Below, in pieces: positions 60,614 through 64,000 of a stretch of DNA of 64,000 nucleotides; position 1 is the stretch's first letter, and every line of letters starts with the position of its first letter. The stretch is from Felis catus (Eukaryota), in the NCBI RefSeq assembly GCF_018350175.1, contig NC_058368.1:111974001-112038000 (forward strand), given 5' to 3'. The position numbers and the translations under genes are program-made. The notes below the pieces were generated by a model. It had not been told where the DNA came from. It saw nothing but the letters and a program-made list of their open reading frames with translations, and ran no database searches.

Positions 60614-61329
60614 GTAAGCACAGTATTCGAGCTAGGTGTTTGTTCTGAGCTAGCCCTAGGAAGTGACAGCTCCAAAAGTTACGTACACCTTGGGCTTTGG
60701 CTTATGGGTTATACAGGCCATCGGTGTGACCAGGCTCCTGGCTTCACCATTAGGCTCTTAGGTGTAGAGCTTTAGAGCCTCGATTCCCTGTGTAGCCTAG
60801 GTTGGAACAATCCCAGAAATATTTTCTAAAGGAACCGTAGGACTTGGTAAGATGGATGGGGACTTTCTAGCCAGATATAAATAAATGATGAAGAAACTGA
60901 TTTTTCACACAAGGATGCCACCAGGTTCTGAGCCCTGCTGGTTTTGCAAGCTGAAATTAACAGTGACACCCCAGCTGCTTGCCAGAAAGCTCACCCCATA
61001 CACCCTCCAGGCTCTCTCAGCTTTAGGCAGGAAAAGGCACATTCAGGTGACCATCCTTGCGTCTAAGCCAGGCTACTAGATAAGCCCTTAAAAATTGTAC
61101 CCCAGCCACAGCCCACACAGGAGGGGGAGGGGTGTCCACGCCCCACTGTGCAGCCTGCCACAGGGGTGATGTACCTGGTGGAGGGAGAGGAGAGGTGCTA
61201 TTCCTCATTCCTCCACAGGCCCTGTACAGCAGCTGCAGCCCTGTTGCTTGGTTAAGCTTACCCCTGGATCATTCTGGGCCTTTCCACTTGTGGCCTGCAT
61301 GCTTCCATTTGCCTTCCTTCTGAGACAGT

Positions 61330-61562
61330 GTAACAAGCAGCAAGCTTGCTGGAGGATTGCCTAGGTTCAAACCCCAACTTCACGACTGTGTGGTTTCAGG
61401 AAAGTTCTTTGACTGCTCTGTACCTCAGTTCCCTCATCTGAAAAATGGGCATAATTGTATTATTGACGTCACGAGTTGTGAGAATTAAATAGATTAATAT
61501 GCATTGTGTCTTCAGAAAGTACCTAGAACACAGAATAAGTGCTATATAAGCATTAGCTAGGA
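61330..61562 (+). mobile_element. MIR SINE
   Basis: CCTAGGTTCAAACCCC...CCTCAGTTCCCTCATCTGAAAAATGGG. Confidence 0.82.
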
Positions 61563-62089
61563 TGGTGATGTCAATGGTGATGATATTGTTGAGGACGTTG
61601 CCCAGGACATCAGGAGCCCCCTTCCCCTATCCCATTGTGAATTTTCTCTGGGGCATTTTTCTTTTAGTCCCAAGCCCAGAGCAAGTTATGGTCGTTTTGA
61701 GCAGCAATCTGTCTTTAATATTATGGACACCGCAACTCACATTCCCATCTTTGCTTTGGGTGCTAAATGAGCAGTTTCAGCAAAATTACCCACTTGCAGA
61801 GGGCTTTGGGGGGATGGATTCTGTGTGTTCATTGCTCCTGATCTAAGTTGTTGAGGGCATCCTGGATTTCTCTCTTTCTTTCATGACCCCAAACAAATCC
61901 TGCTCTTGGCTTCTTCACAAGTTGTACTGGTTCTGACGGGTCTTCACCCCTTCTCCCACTATAAGCCTTTCTTTAGGACGAATACACAGAGGCTTGGTTG
62001 GGTCCCTGCTTCTGTCCTGGTCTCTGAAGCCTACATCCCTCTGTGTGGCTTTTAAAAATATAAATCAGTTTATTAAAAAAAAAAAGTTG

Positions 62090-62304
62090 GGGGGCGCCTG
62101 GGTGGCTCAGTCGGTTAAGCGTCTGACTTCAGCTCAGGTCATGAACTCGCAGTCCGTGAGTTTGAGCCCCGCATCGGGTTCTGGGCTGATGGCTCAGAGC
62201 CTGGAGCCAGCTTCCGATTCTGTGTCTCCCTCTCTCTCTGCCCCTCCCCCGTTCATGCTCTGTCTCTCTCTGTCTCAAAAATAAATAAACGTAAAAAAAA
62301 ATTA
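62090..62304 (+). mobile_element. Young feliform CanSINE
   Basis: Near-consensus body; TSD AAAAAAAAAGTTGG on both flanks. Confidence 0.97.
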
Positions 62305-62327
62305 AAAAAAAAAGTTGGAGGGGAGGA

Positions 62328-62535
62328 GGGGCACCTGAGTGGCTCTGTCCTTAAGCGACCAAATCTTGGTTTTAGCTCAGGGCATGGTCTTGCAGTTTGT
62401 GAGTTCCAGCGATGCATTGGGCTCTGCACTGACCTGTGGAGCCTACTTGGCATTCTCTCTCTCCCTCTCTCTCTACCCCTCCCCCTGCTCATGCTTTCTC
62501 TCTCTCTCTCTCTCTCTCTCAAAGTAAATAAACTT
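62328..62535 (+). mobile_element. Older CanSINE
   Basis: Diverged CanSINE body with (CT)n. Confidence 0.9.
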
Positions 62536-62731
62536 ATTATATATATATATATATGTCAGTATATATATGTGTTTATACATATGTGTATATATATATATGT
62601 GTATATATGTGTATATATAATGAACTTATTATATATAATATATATCAGTATATATGTGTATACATATGTATATATAATAAAAACTTATTACATATAATTT
62701 ACATTATATAAGTTATATAAGTTTATTATGT

Positions 62732-62771
<40 letters not shown>

Positions 62772-62772
62772 T
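62536..62772. repeat. AT-rich low-complexity (TA)n-derived tract
   Basis: Directly visible. Confidence 0.93.
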
Positions 62773-62819
62773 CAGTTTTCAACTGTTTCAACCTTTCAAT
62801 TACCTTGAAAAAAAGAATC

Positions 62820-63300
62820 ATGATTTGCACTGCCCCTCATCTGTCTCCATCCTTACCACCCCCCCCCCCCCCCGCCCCCTGCCCACCATGCCCTGTGTGC
62901 CTGTCACATCAGCCTCCTTGCTGTCCCTCTATACACCATTCACGGCCAGGGCTTTCTCCTTGCAGTCTCGTCTCCCTGGGACACCTCCCTCCAGGTGATG
63001 CCATGGCTTGCTCCTCTCCTCTCTCACCTGAGCCTCCCCTCAGATGTCATCTCATTAAAAGCCCTTCCCTGACCATCTTTTCTGAAAGAGCAGCCTCCCT
63101 TGAACTCTGGCATTCCATATTTCCCTTGTTTTATTTGATTTCATGTTCTCCCCCTCAGCAACTACCACAGTCTCTCATGAATTTATTTTGTCTTTCCCTG
63201 TGAGACTCCAAACTTTCGGTGAGCTCCTTTTGGGGTGTCCTGGTCCCCATGGTGCCTAGAATGCTGCTCAGCACACAGCAGGGGCCTCACAAAGAGTTAT
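62820..63300 (+). mobile_element. L2 fragment
   Basis: CCTCCTTGCTGTCCCT...CTCAGATGTCATCTC...GCCCTTCCCTGACCA...GGTGCCTAGAATGCTGCTCAGCACACAGCAGG. Confidence 0.7.
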
Positions 63301-64000
63301 TAAAGATAAGGGTGAAATCCTGCATTTCCTGAGCATCCCGGGCTTTCCTGGCCTGGTTTCCTGCAAGCTTGGAAGCAGTGTGTAAAAATACACATTACAC
63401 CAGGACAGAAGCCAACAGAGAGACAAAGGTAGAGAATAAATAAGCCTGTCTCATTGCCTTCTGATTCCTCAGTGGAAGTTTCTGTTGAAGAAGTGAAACA
63501 CGGCTGTCAGCAGGAAGTTCTGTGCTCTATCCTTGAGCAGAATATTTTAGTAACCTCTGGTCTGTCTTCACAGATGCCAGTGGATAGATGAGAGTTTGCT
63601 GCAGGAACAAAGAGGCCCCTGAGCTGGGGATGAGCATTTTAAATCACCTTCCTTCTTTCCTTCCATTTGAGAGCTCTAAGGGCTGAACATAGATGCTTTC
63701 TTCTTTGGAAGGACAACATTAACTGGCAGGGGTGAAGACGCCCCCCCCAGCAACTGATGTTGCCGAAGATGTTCCTTTAGATGCAAGGTGCTCTGGGCCC
63801 TGCACCTTAAGTTGTGAGCCTGTTTTGGTAACAAAGTTGGGAATACGGTTAGCTCTTCTACAGTCCTGGGGGTAGTGATGTTTCCCATTTTCGGTGCTGA
63901 CTGTGTACAGTTATAGCAGACAAAGGTCCTACTGTAGCTGTGAGCTCCAGGATGCCTGGGGGGTTTCAGGGTGTTTGCTGCTAGTTTTCCCAAGGATTTT

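Noticed and set aside
1..64000. Naming the host or neighbouring gene
   Set aside because: No recognisable coding exon; any gene name would be a guess without a genome search.

Overview
Mammalian nuclear genomic DNA from a carnivore, most likely a felid: about 27 tRNA-derived CanSINEs, many with the feliform-type GCTCAGAGCCTGGAGCCTG segment. The window looks intergenic or intronic, and I cannot support any protein-coding gene. The ORF track is explained by SINE, L1-ORF2 and microsatellite translations plus chance GC-rich ORFs. Repeats include CanSINEs (many with visible TSDs), old L1MA/MB/MC/ME 3' ends, one younger 5'-truncated carnivore L1, MaLR/ERVL LTRs, MIR, L2, and hAT/mariner MITEs. The non-repeat signal is regulatory: two CpG-rich islands (~36.7-38.9 kb and ~39.85-40.3 kb), a CTCF-like site near 10.9 kb, and several repeat-free, motif-dense blocks. 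The second island looks like a promoter with a non-coding first exon (GC boxes, 3 GATA sites, TGATTGACAG, CAG|GTGAGC donor). Two well-formed candidate exons lie downstream (50274-50389, 60576-60613). I cannot name the host locus and found no convincing novel biological system. Repeat subfamily names come from recalled consensus sequences, not from a search, and old-repeat boundaries are approximate.
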